Both the position numbers and the translations under genes were made by a program. DNA of 64,000 nt, taken from Camelus ferus (lineage: Eukaryota). This document shows positions 50,532 to 64,000 of this stretch, piece after piece. The DNA lies in NCBI RefSeq assembly GCF_009834535.1, contig NC_045696.1, positions 26,662,001 through 26,726,000 of the forward strand, given 5' to 3'. The notes beneath the pieces were generated by a model. That model was not told the DNA's origin and ran no database searches. It saw nothing but the letters and a program-made list of their open reading frames with translations. Positions within the stretch are counted from its first letter, which is position 1, and the number at the start of each line of letters is the position of its first letter.

Positions 50532-52920
50532 CATCAGCAAGAATCACGTGAAGGACTAAGTAAACATTAGTAGGGGAGAAAAAGAAAAATACTTTAGTTT
50601 AAATGGCCAGAAAATATACATTTCAGATTTATAGGGCCTATGATCAAGCTACTTTTTAATTTAAAAAGAAAGCAAAACACATTTCCAGTGTTTGGGAAGC
50701 TGATGTAGTCTTTTTGCTCACAATTGAAATCAGCAGAAAACACTCTCTGTTGGTTATTTATTTTGCATGTTTTAAAGGTGCATTATTAACTAGTATATGA
50801 AAAACTAATTATAAGTCAAAATTCAACCTTGCTTAAGGGCACATCTAAGAGCAACAAATCTCTGGTTTTACATGCCTGGTATGACCCATAACAAACCATT
50901 CGAGAATCACATCGTTTCATGTGGCAGTGTTACAAGAGATAATAAATTAGGACAGCTAAATCAAATTTTAAAAGCACCCAGCTTTAGAAGTCCCCCTGAT
51001 ACTTTAATTTGGAATGTACACTCTTGTCAAGTAAACAGTTATTTCCTGTACACCACCCCTCTTAAAAGCTGATGGTCTGCTTCCTTTCATATGGCCTAGA
51101 ACATCAGAGAGATTAAGAGGAGTTCAGGATGACTTGTGATGTCTTTCCTGGGATGGTGATGTCTTTTCCTAGTCTCAGAAAGGAACTTGCTCCAGTCATG
51201 AGAGAGGCTTCTCCTTCTTAGGGGAATGCAGGCTGATAGAATTTCTACATTATCTCAAAGGGAAAGACTCCAAGAAGTTGGACCTCAATTCTGATTGTGG
51301 AAACACAGCATCCACAAAGTGACTGTTCATCTCATTTTGACAGCATCTGACAGTTGCTCCCCTGAGATCTTCAACCTAAAATCCAGGAAGGATTCAAGAA
51401 GCCCCCATATTTTACATGACTTATGATCCCGAAATCAGATCCCCATTTTACAATGAATTTTAAAGTAATCCCCCCTAATATATTGGTTCTCTCAAATGCA
51501 TTTCCTCCTCGAACATCCACTAAATGTTGGTTCTGCACTTTACTTTTTTAATCTTTAACTCAGTGAATATTTACGTAAGAAAGTGTACATCTGTCTTTAT
51601 CCCTACAACTGTGGCATAATCAGGAAGTTTTGAAATCTGCAGTCCTGTGCGTTTATCTTCTCTCACATGTTCTGTCCGTGTTCCTCACCCCTCTCTTCCA
51701 ACACCCACAGACCGTAAGCAAAACTAAGATGCCTGCATGGAGATAGTGTGACTGAATCTTACATTTTCAATTTCTGCCACGGATATTTAAAAAACGGGAT
51801 TTTCCTCTCATCTTGAAGGTATTCATGCTGATTTTCTGTTCGCTAACTGGGCCATGAATATATTAAGTCACTCATATCAACTCTGATTTTAGTTCTCACT
51901 CTGTCTTTATATTTTCTCTATCATTGCCGGAGAGTTGGATCATAGCTTGAACTTACTCTACCAGCATGACAAAAGAGAAATTCCCAATGATTTTGCAATT
52001 AGCTAAGTGATTAAATTTTATCATTCTTTGATCAAAAAATGTTAGGAGCCCCAAGGAGACGAAGAGATAAACATCTATACATGCACAATCAATTAAATAG
52101 GCCGTATATTACAGTTACATAAATTTTTCAAGTATCTGAAAATACGTGAGTCACTTTTTTTCTGCAATAGAATTTTAGCTATTGTTGTTGGGTAGACACA
52201 CCCATAATCAATTAGTTACACTGAATAGTTCATGCAAAGTGCTTATTGGTACTTGGTGTGTACTGTCCGTTAATGTCAATTATTAGTATTATTCATACTG
52301 TTCATCCTTATTTAGGCTGTCTTTAAAATGATTTAAAAATACAAAAACGTTTACTTACAAATAACAAGGGATTTTTTTTTCACTTCATAATGAACATTTT
52401 ATATGTGAACTGCAGTTTAACTTTTCCACAATACCTTCATTAAGTTAGCATAAACCATTCTTAGCATTATACCAGAACCATACAGGAGACATAGGTCAAA
52501 TAATCCTTTAAGTTTTGTGGAACTGATTTTCCATTTTCAAAAGAAGAGTATCTCTTAAGCATTCTGCATTATTTTCGCTTATTAATCTGTCTCCTTAATG
52601 TAGCAAAATTGCCTTTCTAATGTGCATGCTTAAACATCTATAATGATTAAAGAAGTTTATGTTCTCTCTTTGCATAATGATTACCCACTTACCTGTAAAG
52701 TTTATGCACACAATATAGTGAGATTATGTAGTTTACTTAATAACAATGATGCTTGATACACATCTCTAGGCATCATCTCTGTGACTGATACACTAGAAAT
52801 ACTACACTTAAAATGTAAAATTTTATTGAGAATTATTTTTAATTGTTTATTACCTCATTTTAAGATATACAGATAATAATAAAGATTTAAATAAATAGTA
52901 TATAATACAAGTATATAAAG

Positions 52921-53095
52921 GTGAGGAGGGTATTGCTTAGTGGTAAAGTGCTGTGCTTAGCATGCATGAGGTCCTGAGTTCAATCCCCAGTACCACTTAA
53001 AAAATAAATAAATAAATAAATAAACCTAATTATCTCACCCTCCTCCCCCCACCAAAAACAAAACAAAACAAAACAAAAAAACCACCCCAACAGCA
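52921..53095 (+). mobile_element. Full-length camelid-type tRNA-derived SINE (Vic-1-like)
   Basis: gagggtattgcttagtggtaaagtg (A box), gaggtcctgagttcaatccccagtacc (B box), (taaa)n cctaattatctc, (caaaa)n tail; flanking repeat atataaagg. Confidence 0.9.
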
Positions 53096-55099
53096 ATAAA
53101 GATATAAAGGGAATTTGTATATAGCAAAAAAAAAAAAAATCTATTATATTGATTTTACCAATGATCTTAAAAACTGATTAAATATATTAATATATGTTAA
53201 GGTAGTTACATAAATTTTGAATACAGAAAAAGGAATAAATTTACTGATTGATTAAGCAGTACTAACAATCTATATTACAAGGAAACTGTCAGTTTATTAT
53301 AATGCAATTGTATTGCAAATATTGATGCTAAAAATATAAGTAAGTATTTAACATTGTCCTATCAGAAGTGAAAACCATGTACCTAAGAACTAAGAGAAAA
53401 GCACGTGGACATAAGTTATATCAAAGACAAAAATCATTTTTATAAATTATATTATTTGTTTACTCTGCAGTTAGTAAGATATATTGAGTTTCAAACATAT
53501 AAAAATATTTTAAAAGGCCATACTTAATAAACCTGTAGTGTATTTACACTATTATATTTTATTTGATAACAAAACAAAAAAAATTTTATAAAATAAGAAC
53601 AATGATTCCTCTAAATTCTCAGAAAATAGAATGTCCCACTGACAGTGTGTACTTCCCTTTTTTAACCTATTGTACTCTGATGGATTTATTTAAATTATAT
53701 TTGACTATGTTTTCATTTTGCAAGACTTTCTGTTATAGTACATTGCATTTTGGTCACATTTGATTACCACATTCATAAACTACATGAGTGAGCACTTCAC
53801 CAGTATATTAATCCAAATATGGATGAGCTGTTTGGTCATCTTTAGTACTAATATGCACTCATTTTCCTTTATACCCTACGTAGCTGCTTGTCTTAAGCTA
53901 GGGTAGCCATTTCCTAACTTACATGAAAATTGAATTCAGTTGGGAATTGTATTGGAAAAATAACCCATAAAAGGAAAATCCATTTATATGGAATACATAA
54001 TTTAGTACTTGGGAGTCACACAAAGCTTTGCGTGCATATAAGCAGATGCCTTTGTATTTTATTTATTCAAAGCAAAAGAGATCAATAGTGAGAACAGACC
54101 TATTCATCTAGTTAATGGGATACTTTCCAACTCAAGTTTATAATAAATTCTGGGGCTTCAAATATTCTTTAATTAAGTAAGGATTTTAAATATTCCATAA
54201 GAAGGAGAAAAGTTAGCACAATTGTATTTACTGTTTACATTTAGATTATTTTTTCACCAAATTTATGAAAATAATCAAGAGCATTTTAGTGGAAAACCAC
54301 TTATATCTTTGGTTGTATCTTGGGTGTGCTGTGGGGATAATAAAAAATATGACTTTAATAACTACAGAAACACTGACCCAACAGAAATATTTTAGAATCT
54401 AATAAGGTTCATTTTGAATCACTGCTGTAAAATACAATTTTTTTTTCTTAAAGAGTAAACCAATCTAATTCTAGCAGGAACAAAGGCACTAGATACAAAT
54501 GTTATACTCAGTTGCCCAGAAGTGATGAACTTAGGAGAAAATAATGTAAATAAATGATTAGTTTCATCAAAAAATCATTACATCAAAAATGATATAATTT
54601 TAATCCCTTTTTATGAACCTCTGAGTAGTACAGAAAGGTAGTTGGTCATAATTTAGAATGAACAAGAATTAGAATTAGAGTTCTACTTCTACCCTGTGAA
54701 GAACTGACAGTAAATACTTGGTTCTTAGAATCCAGGAAGGTAAGGATGGACTATTAAAAATAAAATGAATAGGAAATATTACTGCAAACATTTCTATGTC
54801 TATAGTGTAGTGTCAGTAACATTACCATTAATGCAAAATTTTGACGAAAAATGATGTAAAGTCTCTGCAGGTAGCGTAAAATAATTGCTTTTACTGAATA
54901 TTTCATGTTAAAGAAAATAAATCAGAAAGGTAAAGCCCCAAACTATCTTAATTATTCTGTCAATGGACAAAAACTGGTCTAGAGAAATAAATCATTTCCA
55001 CTCATGATGGCCAACATTTTACATTTACTCACCAGTAAGTATCTTGATAAAAAATAACATTAGAATATGCATATACATATATTTATTTTATGATAACGT

Positions 55100-56160
55100 T
55101 TACAGAATATATTTTTTGTGTACTCCTGGATGTATTTTTAAATGTTAAATAGTTATCCTTCATGATCCTTCTAGAGAAACAGGTATTTTTAATACTTTAG
55201 TTGTTTCGACTGATATTTCTATAGATATTGATAACTAACATATTTTTCTTGTTTTTCTTATTTTTAGTGTTATTTTCAAACTTCAGCTGTTTTAAAATAA
55301 TGTTTAGATATTGATAACTGACATTTTTTATTGCTTTTCCTTTTTCTTTTCTTTTTACCTCCAATTTATTGACTTCCTAATACAGGGGACAAGTTTTTAT
55401 ATCTCATTCATGGTCTACATTCTATGCACAAACACACATACACAAATGTGCAGACACACATTAGCACATAAAATCCCACAAGTCCTGTATCTTACCAAAT
55501 GTTTTGTATCATTCTTTTTGAATACTAATTGGGATTTGTAGTATTTCATCTTCGTAAATATTGTTTACATATATCTATGTAGTATAACATAATTATATTT
55601 CCTTTTTAATTTTTTGTTGGAGTTGATAACTGCATTTTCACTTATTTAGACTTCTTATTCATCCTCCAAATATTTGTCAAAGTTTAAAATCCCCTAATTC
55701 CCCCATGAATTGATCCATTTTTTTTCTTGGAGATATTATTCTTTAAATCTTCCATCTTTCCACTCCAATTTGAATTGTCTGATTTTCTGACTTGTTGCAT
55801 GGGAGTTTTACTGATACTTCTTTTTCTAATTTCCTGGTAACTCCTTTCATCCCCATCTTAGGTTGAACTACCCATTTCTTGTCTTTCTTTTTCTTAGGAG
55901 AAAATCAAACAGGAGGATTTTAGAAAAACAGATGAATCATTAACCCAAATTATGCATAACTGTTAGTCTGGAAGATAGGAAAAGGGCACCATATTGGAAG
56001 TACACAGATTGGCAGTTTAATATAATATACTTGTGATATTTTCTTTCTTAATCTGATTGCTAAGAATTTGAGGATTACTTAATTATTAACTATTAAACTG
56101 TACACATACATGTATATGTTTAATTCATCTCTTTTATGTATATTTCACAATTTTTAAACA
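55100..56160. mobile_element. Old L1 (L1ME-type) 3' fragments in both orientations
   Basis: T-rich block followed by a +strand 3'UTR-like ...ttttatgtatatttcacaatttttaaa. Confidence 0.45.
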
Positions 56161-57229
56161 AAATTTGTCAGGCATTTTATCCAGATTATATCAGAGAACT
56201 TGAAACATTAGGGATTTGGGTAATCTGTGCTAAATGTACTTTTTTAAGAAATGGAGAAATGTAATAGCTTCTCAAACTCTGATCCTGTATCTAGAGTCTG
56301 TATCTTTGGAAATTTATCCAGACAACTTTGGGTAGATAATCTTAAACTGTTTAAAATTCTTAACATGAAGTCACTTACTTTGAAAATAAAGTATTTTGAA
56401 AATTAAATAATTTTCAAGATTTCTTTTAAAATTTAAGATGTAGGATGATAGAAAACAGTGTGAAGATCAAGCTTTTAAAAATGCCTTCATCTCCAGGTTG
56501 CAGAGATTTAGACATTTATAATATTTTAAAGATTATTTTACTTAGCTTGAATATATAAATAGAATGCAAAAGAAACTAAAGTAATACTATTTGAAATATA
56601 TAAACCACTTAGAAAATAGTTAGAGTCAAAAGAATATGAATACTAACTTACAATAATGTGATAAAATGAAAAGTAATCAAACAGCATGAAGCTTCACTTG
56701 GAATAAACTTTCATGATTTTAACAAAAATGTAACTTTACAAATAATAGGAGGTTAGATATAAAATGTTGTCAATCTTTTTACCCAACATAACAAATAATG
56801 GTAACTTCACTAAAAGTATTAATTTATAATATAAGCTTAGTAAACATTGTCTCTAAAATCTCATTCTTGAAGAGAGAATATAGGAAATAATTGTGCTGTA
56901 TATAATTAAGATACTATTGGCTTATACAAAATTTTATATAAGGGTAGCTGGAAGAAAAATAACAAGGTAACTTGAAATTTTCAAATGACCTCTTGTATAC
57001 ATTAACATGTACATGAATTTTCTTATATACTAACACTTGCAAACATGTCAGATTATATATAGAAACTACAAACTGATACAATTAGCAAAATAATTGACCA
57101 ATTCTTTTATACAACATTTACTGGGTTCATATTATGAACAACTAATAAACTAGTTTATCATTCTAACTTCAATGATTTTATGGACACTAAAGAAAGACTC
57201 TTTCAAGTAGTAAAAAGTCAACAGTGTCA

Positions 57230-57460
57230 AAGAAAATAGAACAGCAAAAACAGGATTTTTTAAAAAATGACAACTGAATCTGACAGGTAGGTCAGTGATG
57301 ACACTTGCCTAAACGTTTCACTGGAGTGGTGAGATAGGAAGCCTGATTTCAGCCTCCTCCTGTTGATGGGAGGAGAGGAAATGAAGATATTCCATGATGA
57401 CAAATACAACTTCAAAGTGCTTAGCCCTGAAGAGACATAGGCATTAGGAGACGTGATGGA
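57230..57460 (-). mobile_element. L2 fragment
   Basis: gtaggtcagtgatgacacttg...gtttcactggagtggtgagataggaagcctgatttcag. Confidence 0.65.
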
Positions 57461-57474
57461 CGTTTGAGTGTTTT

Positions 57475-57500
57475 GTGTGTGTGTGTGTGTGTGTGTGTGT
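57475..57500. repeat. (GT)n microsatellite
   Basis: Perfect GT run. Confidence 0.95.
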
Positions 57501-57526
57501 TTCAAGTTGGAGAATACTGAAGCATG

Positions 57527-57935
57527 AATTATGGACTGAATTGTGGCCCCCTACTACTAAATTCATATGTTGAAACCCTAATCCCCAAAGTCACTGTATC
57601 TAAAGATTGGGTCTTTAGAAAGTAAAGTTAAATGAGGTCATAAGGTGGGGTAGAGACATAACCCAATAAGACTGTGTCCTTATAAGAAGAGGGAGGAAAA
57701 AAGATCTCTCTCTGTCTTTCCCTTCCTCCCTCTCTCTTTCTCTCTCTATCCACCATGTAAGGAAACAACAAAAAGGTGGTTATCTGCAACCCAAGGAGAG
57801 AGTTCTTACCAGACACCAATCCTACTGGCATATTAATGAACTTCTACGCTCCAGAACTATGAAAAAATTTATTTCGGTTGCTTAATCCACCCGCTCTTTG
57901 ACATTTTATTATGGTAGTCCAATTAGACTAATATA
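57527..57935 (+). mobile_element. MLT1A-like MaLR solo LTR
   Basis: tatggactgaattgtggcccc...aaattcatatgttgaaaccctaatcccca...gactgtgtccttataagaagagg...gactaatata. Confidence 0.88.
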
Positions 57936-58074
57936 GCATTTTTTCCCTTAAATCTGAACCACAATAGAAATACATGGATTTTAAAAAGCACTTTTATTAC
58001 AGTTAATGTTTGATGCAGGGTTTTTTTCTTCATCTTTAAAAATGTTATTTGATATACATTTCTAGCTGTAACAT

Positions 58075-58270
58075 TTTAAAAAACTTTATTAAAGTATAGT
58101 TGATTTACAATGCATTGTTAGTTTAAGGTGTATAGCAAAGTAATTCAATTATACATACGTATTTTTTATTTTTCAGATTCTTTTCCATTACAGTTTATTA
58201 AAAGATACTGAATATAGTTCCCTGCACTATGCAGTAGGTCCTTGTTATCTGTTTTATATATAGTGGTCCA
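58075..58270 (-). mobile_element. L1 3'UTR fragment
   Basis: ttattaaagtatagttgatttacaatg...gaatatagttccctgcactatgcagtaggtccttg. Confidence 0.88.
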
Positions 58271-58924
58271 TATATGTTATCTCTAGCTGCAATGTTTATA
58301 TAACTCAAATGTATTTTACTATTGAGTTGTAACAACTTGAGATGAGGTACTGGATCTCTCTGATCTGTACCCCAACCTTTTTTGTTACACACATATACTA
58401 GAAGCTATGTGCTTATTTATGGATTGTTGAATTGAGTTTAGTGATAAAACTGAATTCCTGTGGCCACCCTCCAGAGTCTCCCAGTAAACCTAATAGAAGT
58501 ATTTTGGTGAGAAGTCAGAAGGTGGTAGTTGATTAAGTAAAATGGTGTGTGTTGTAGACAAACATGGATGTCAGATCACTGAGAGAAAGAGTCTCTGCCA
58601 AGAATTTCCTTTTTACCTCAGTGTTGTAGTATTTTCTTTAACCTAGCATTTTCTGTCTAGATCTTGGTATGATCTAATTCTGCCTGTGGTTTAAAGAAAA
58701 ATATTGCACTGTGACAAGGTATTTTCTCCCCCTTATAAAGCAAGCAATGTGGAAACTCAAGCTTTTCTAAATATGTTTAGTGTCAATATAATTAATTTTC
58801 ATAGTCCAGGAATGAAATTCAAAAACTGAAGTTGAGAATGGGTATAAAGAGGCATAGTTCCTTTCCCCCCAAATATCCCCAATTTCAAGTCAAAAGCCAG
58901 CAATGCCAAAAGGATCTGGAAGGG

Positions 58925-59381
58925 TGTATTAGTTTCCCATAGCTGCTATAACAAATCACCACCAACTTGGTGTCTTAAAATAACAGAAATATATAGTTCC
59001 GGAGGCTAGAATTTGTAAATCTAACAGGGCTACACCCCCTCACGGGGCTCTAAGGCAGAATATATTATTTACCTCCCAGCTGCTGGTGGCTCCAGGCATT
59101 CCTTGGCTGTGGCCACTACAATCTCTGCCTCTGTGGACATGTATTGCCTCCTCCTCTTCTCTGCACCCCTCTGCATCCCCTGCTAATTGTATTCACTTTG
59201 TTTTTCTCTTTTAAGGTGACCTTACTTAAGCCCTACTAGGATAATCCAGAGGAATTTCCTCATCACAAAATTTTTAATATAATTACATTTGCAAAGACCC
59301 TTTTTCCAAACAATGAAACATTGGCAAGTTCCAGTGATTAGGACTTGATATCTTTGTATGACTGTTGTTCAACCTACTACA
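58925..59381 (-). mobile_element. MLT1C-like MaLR solo LTR
   Basis: tgtattagtttcccatagctgctataacaaatcaccac...gttcaacctactaca; perfect 5-bp TSD aaggg (58920-58924 / 59382-59386). Confidence 0.92.
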
Positions 59382-59419
59382 AAGGGGATTTTTTTTTTAA
59401 TCTTAAAAGGTAAGAATTC

Positions 59420-60870
59420 TCAAAGAAAATATGCACATAAATATTCATATCAGTGACAATAAACTGGAAATAACCCAATGCCCATAAGGAGGAGAATGCA
59501 TATTCTAATTATGGTAGAGTCATATAATGGAATGCCTCTCAGCAAAAAAAAAAAAAAAAAAAAAAGGACTGAACCATTTTGGTATACCTGGATGAATCTC
59601 ATGCAATTATGCTGAGCAGAAAAAGAAAGACATCACAAGAGCATACTGTATAATTCCATTTATATGAAGTTCAGGAAAAGGCAAATTAGGTCACTATTAG
59701 ACACAGAAATCAGAACAGCAATTAAGTTTGAATGAGGGAGCAGAGAAGGGGATTTATAGGAAGTGAGCTTGAGAGAACATTCTAGAATGATAGAAATGTT
59801 CTATATTTTGATGAGTGTGTTGATTACCAGGGAATATTCATCTGTCAAACTCAAACTGCTCTAAAGAAGACATCCAGATGGTCCACAGGCACATGGAAAG
59901 ATGCTCAGTTTTGCTAATTATCAGAGAAATGCAAATCAAGACTACAATGAGGTATCACCTCACACCAGTCAGAATGGCCATCATTAAAATGTCTAAAAAT
60001 AATAAATACTGGAGAGGGTGTGGAGAAAAAGGAACTCTCCTACACTGTTGGTGGGAATGTAAAATTGTGCAGCCACTATGGAGACCAGTATGTAGGTCCC
60101 TTAAAAAAGTAAAAATAGAGTTACCATACAATCCAGCAATCCCACTACTGGGCATATATCTGGAGAAAACTCTAATTTGAAAAGACATATGCACCCCAAT
60201 GTTCACAGCAGCATTATTTACAATAGTCAAGACATAGAAACAACTTAAATGTCCATTGACAGATAAATGGATAAAGAAGATGTGGTATATGTATATGTGT
60301 GCATACACATACATACACACACACCCCCAACACACAATGGAATATTATTCAGTCATAAAAAATGAAATAATGCCATTTGCAGCAACATGCTTGGACCTAG
60401 AAATTACCACATTCAGGAAGTAAGTCAGATGGAAAAAGACAAATATCATAAATTGTCACTTATATGTACAGTCTAAAAGAAATACATAAATTTTATTTAC
60501 AAACCAAAAATAGACTCATGGACATAGAAAACAAACTGTGGTTATCAGGGCAGAAAGGGAGAGGGAGGGACAGATCAGGAATTTGAGATTAACAGATACA
60601 CATTACTATGTATAAAATAAACAAAAAGGACCTACTGTATAGCACAGGGAACAATATTCAATTTCTAATAATGGGGTGTAATGGAAAAGAAACTGAAAAA
60701 ATATATATGTAAGTATGTACATGTATAACTGAATCACTTTGCTGTACACCTGAAACTAACATTGAAAATCGACTACACTTCAATAAAAAATAAGAATTAT
60801 AATTTTTAAAAACCTCAAATTGTACTTTTAAGATCTGTACATTTATCACATGTAATTACACCTCAGTAAA
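59420..60870 (+). mobile_element. Old L1 3' end, interrupted by a younger L1
   Basis: gcatactgtataattccatttatatgaagttcagga...; resumes at ~60811 with taagatctgtacattt...aattacacctcagtaaaa. Confidence 0.75.
59860..60800 (+). mobile_element. L1 3' end: ORF2 cysteine-rich domain + 3'UTR + tail
   Basis: ORF 59878-60180 [24 protein letters not shown]...[18 protein letters not shown] (CCHC domain, first Cys changed to Tyr); ends cttcaataaaaaa; TSD-like aaactcaaactg / aacctcaaattg. Confidence 0.95.
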
Positions 60871-61161
60871 AGGAGGGCAAGAGCCAACCTGAGAATTTGA
60901 TACATGGAGCAAAACAAAGCCCATCATCCTACATACACTAGTAAAGGAAGCTCAGGCTCTCAGCCTCTATGGACGTCCCCCATATTCCAAAACCTGGAGT
61001 GTGCCCTCTGGCATTTGATCAAAACCAAGATTTCTCCAACATCACAAAACACACCAGAACTGCTGTTATTCAACATTTCACTTTCTAGCTTTCGTTTAAG
61101 ATGGCCATGTCTCCAAAATATTTCAAGAAAGCATGTTCTATTTTTATCACTGGCATTTTAT

Positions 61162-61242
61162 TTAAAATAATTTTTTTAATTGAAGTATAGTTAGTTTACA
61201 ATGACGTGTCAATTTCTGGTGTACAGCATAACAGTTCAGTCT
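61162..61242 (-). mobile_element. Very short L1 3' end insertion
   Basis: aattgaagtatagttagtttacaatgacgtgtcaatttctggtgtacagc; TSD ctggcattttat 61150-61161 / ctggcagtttat 61247-61258. Confidence 0.85.
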
Positions 61243-62804
61243 GTTGCTGGCAGTTTATAACACTAGTGGTCTGCCAGTATATGCCTAGAGCTCAGCTGGT
61301 CTATTTACAAGTGATTTCAGGCAAACCACAGCTCCACTTCCCCATAAGACCCAGGTAAATTAACAGCCAACTGTGGTGGTCTCAGTTCATCCTTGTCCTT
61401 GTATTTTTTACAGAATTTTACATAAAAATCCTGACAGATTTCCACTTCATAAAATTATGTTTTCACATCTTTGTACATAAATTTATACCTCTTCTCCCTT
61501 CCAGGTCACCTTAGTCCAAAGACCCAGACTATGTCTTTCATTCTAATTCATTCATTTTCAATCTGGATTCAACATGTTGTCAAGTGACCTTTACTTTTTT
61601 TTACCCCAGAACTAGTTAAATCAAATTCCTTTGTGTGTACAGTTGCCCTTTTCCTTGGTCTCACTGCAATTGTTATGATTTTTATTTACAATGGACAAAT
61701 CAAGGCCTAGAGTCTCTTTTTTAAGAAAAAAGAATAGATTAAAAGAAGAGAGTTATACTGTTTTGTAAGGAAAAGAGGAAACATCACCAATAACAAAAGA
61801 ATAAGAAATATAAAACATACAAGATTTTAAAGAAACCATATATAGTGGTAAGATTTAGATAAACATTAGGAAACCCAGTTCCAGAAACAGCAAGAGATTG
61901 AAATTTATTCCTTTAAACATGTGGAGGGGGTGGGGGATTGGAACTGAATAGCTGATAGAAATTTGGTTTGACTTACTTACAATAAATGTTTTGGGGAGGA
62001 TTTGGAGTTCCACCACCCTATCAATTGTAGCAACGTAAAATCTGTGTGAGCTCTGAATTATACACAGAGGAGAATCTACAGGGATTTAGCTTGGGTTAAT
62101 AAGTGTCAACTTCCTGCGACTATGAAATAAGCTGGAAATAATTTGCTAGCAAGTTTCCTGAATATGAAGTGGCTTTAATAAGATAGTTTGATGAGTAAAT
62201 GAATCAGAAAATTGAGGGCTAAATTTTCCTTACATTTCATACATGTTTGCAGTGATGGTAAGGTCAAAACATTTGGATTGTAATTTGAGCACCATCAACT
62301 CTTGAGGTAAAGACTATTTAAACCAAGTCATTGTCAGGCACTAAAATAAAATCATGAATCCCACTGATTCAAATGCAATTCATGAGTCTTGAGCTCATAT
62401 TTGAGAAAGGAAAACTAGGCTGCACTGGTATACATCTTATGCAAATCAGCAGCAACATTTTGAAATTGTGAAGTATACAGAAAATCATGTCTACTAATAA
62501 TCAACTTGCAAATTATTTTTAAGTAAAATTGAATAAATGTGAAGTTCTTTTTATAAATCCTATACATTTGAATTGAATAAAATAGGGTTACAAGGAGCAC
62601 TGGATATTTATACATAACTGAAAGACTCTCATATCTTTGTCAAGGCACTGTGTTATTAACGATTGCTGAGATCATACATTATTAGTGTTTTACTTTCCTG
62701 AACATACTTTTTGAATGACAATGTAAACACATATCCTGAATGTATCCATAATAGGTGTTAAAGCAGAAAAAGATCTGACATCATCACATATAGTACTTTG
62801 ACAT

Positions 62805-62925
62805 TTTATTTATTCACCCATCCAAGCATATGGAGTATTTACTCTGTCCCACACACTGTCCTAGGCACCGGGCATACTCTAGTAAACACAAGAGGTAAGG
62901 CATGGGCCCCACTCTTCCACCTGAA
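62805..62925 (-). mobile_element. L2 3' end
   Basis: ttatttattcacccatccaagcatatggagtatttactctgtcccacacactgtcctaggcaccggg. Confidence 0.7.
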
Positions 62926-64000
62926 ACTACCCACCCACTCACACACAAATGTACAAAATATATGAAATAATGGTTTTCACGAGGATGTTGAAAAACCAAC
63001 AAATAATATCCTCCTTCCTACTTAAAAAAATCTATTGACTGATTTACTTTTATCAGATGATGCTCTGATGATTTAGCCCATCACTCAGACTAGATACCAC
63101 AGAATCATCTTTGATTGCTCACTGTACTGCAATCCAGAAATACAGTTTTTGTTTGTCACATGAATCTGCGTATTATTGTCTTCTGTTTTCCCTCCAGATG
63201 GCCCTTTGAGCCTGTAAAACTAGCCTCTTCACTATTTGTGTATTTCCCATGTTCTAGCAAAGAATAAGATTTAGAGGTTGCTCATCTAAATTCCAAGTTT
63301 ATTGTCAGATAACCTTAACAGGTACTTGCTCTCTAAATATAATCCCTGCTCTAATATAGAGTCCTGTCTTGCCTCTGGCGCCTTTGCCTTCATTCCTGAA
63401 TGCAAATTTCTACCTTTGAAGCATCAAGGTGAATATTTCCTGGGTGGAAACACAAGGTCATGAAAAGGAAAGTACATGTCCTATGTTCATTTTTACATAT
63501 TTGAAGGGTTTTTTTGGCTCTCTGCATGATTTTTCTACTGCATAGAAAGAACAACTGAGCAAAGAATGCTTTACATTTTTCAAAATAAAATGTTCAGGCC
63601 AAGACATTTCATAATCTTGAATTTTATTTTGTAAAGTAGAAAACATTTACTCGGTCTTTCCTTATTGGTGACTTAATCAAGTTGACCTATCAGACTTCTC
63701 TTCTTTCATATTTTATAGCAAAAATTAACAGTAAGGGATTTTGAGAAGTCTGATAATTTTTAATCACTGATTATTATGCTACTAACAGTAATTAAAAATA
63801 CAAACATGTCCTCTTGAACCTTTAGGTCTTATAAATTCAAACCAGTTACACACACATTAAAATAAAATTTTCCACCAAATTAATTTTCCAACAAATTAAT
63901 CAACTATTAAAAATCCACTAATACATTGCATAATATTACAGTGTTTCTTTTTTATCAAGAGCCAATATTATAGTCAAGCTTCATTGAGATGGAAAAGAGT

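Noticed and set aside
52921..52995. Possible tRNA gene
   Set aside because: The tRNA-like head runs into a SINE tail with flanking direct repeats and has degenerate boxes; it is a SINE.
55222..55331. Direct repeat tagatattgataact(a/g)acat about 84 bp apart
   Set aside because: Only two copies in old L1-like sequence; a local duplication, not an array or CRISPR.
59878..60180. 100-aa ORF with a Cys/His motif
   Set aside because: It is the L1 ORF2p C-terminus in a 5'-truncated copy, with the first CCHC cysteine mutated and a premature stop; not a host gene.
1..64000. Prokaryotic-type systems (CRISPR, operons, defence islands)
   Set aside because: The sequence is mammalian repeat-rich DNA with no long ORFs or regularly spaced repeats.

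Overview
AT-rich, CpG-depleted mammalian genomic DNA, intronic or intergenic, with no CpG island and no protein-coding gene I can identify. Three copies of a tRNA-derived SINE resembling the camelid Vic-1 family, plus cetartiodactyl-type L1 3' ends, suggest a camelid genome (inference). Much of the window is interspersed repeat: L1, L2, MIR, MaLR/ERVL LTRs and hAT DNA transposons. It also holds a ~3.9 kb decayed ERV-L provirus fragment (RT-RNaseH-IN-dUTPase, PPT, 3' MLT2 LTR), a MaLR LTR with internal sequence, and an ERV1-type solo LTR with a 4-bp TSD. The most unusual element (27518-28480) looks like an L1-mediated processed retrocopy of an env-deleted ERV1 transcript: integrase C-terminus, env tail, PPT, U3-R, poly(A), no U5, and a 12-16 bp TSD. 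A few unique, partly CpG-retaining segments carry candidate small exons. The supplied ORFs are short and mostly spurious or repeat-derived. All repeat family names are assigned by eye from remembered consensus motifs, and boundaries are approximate unless a TSD is given.
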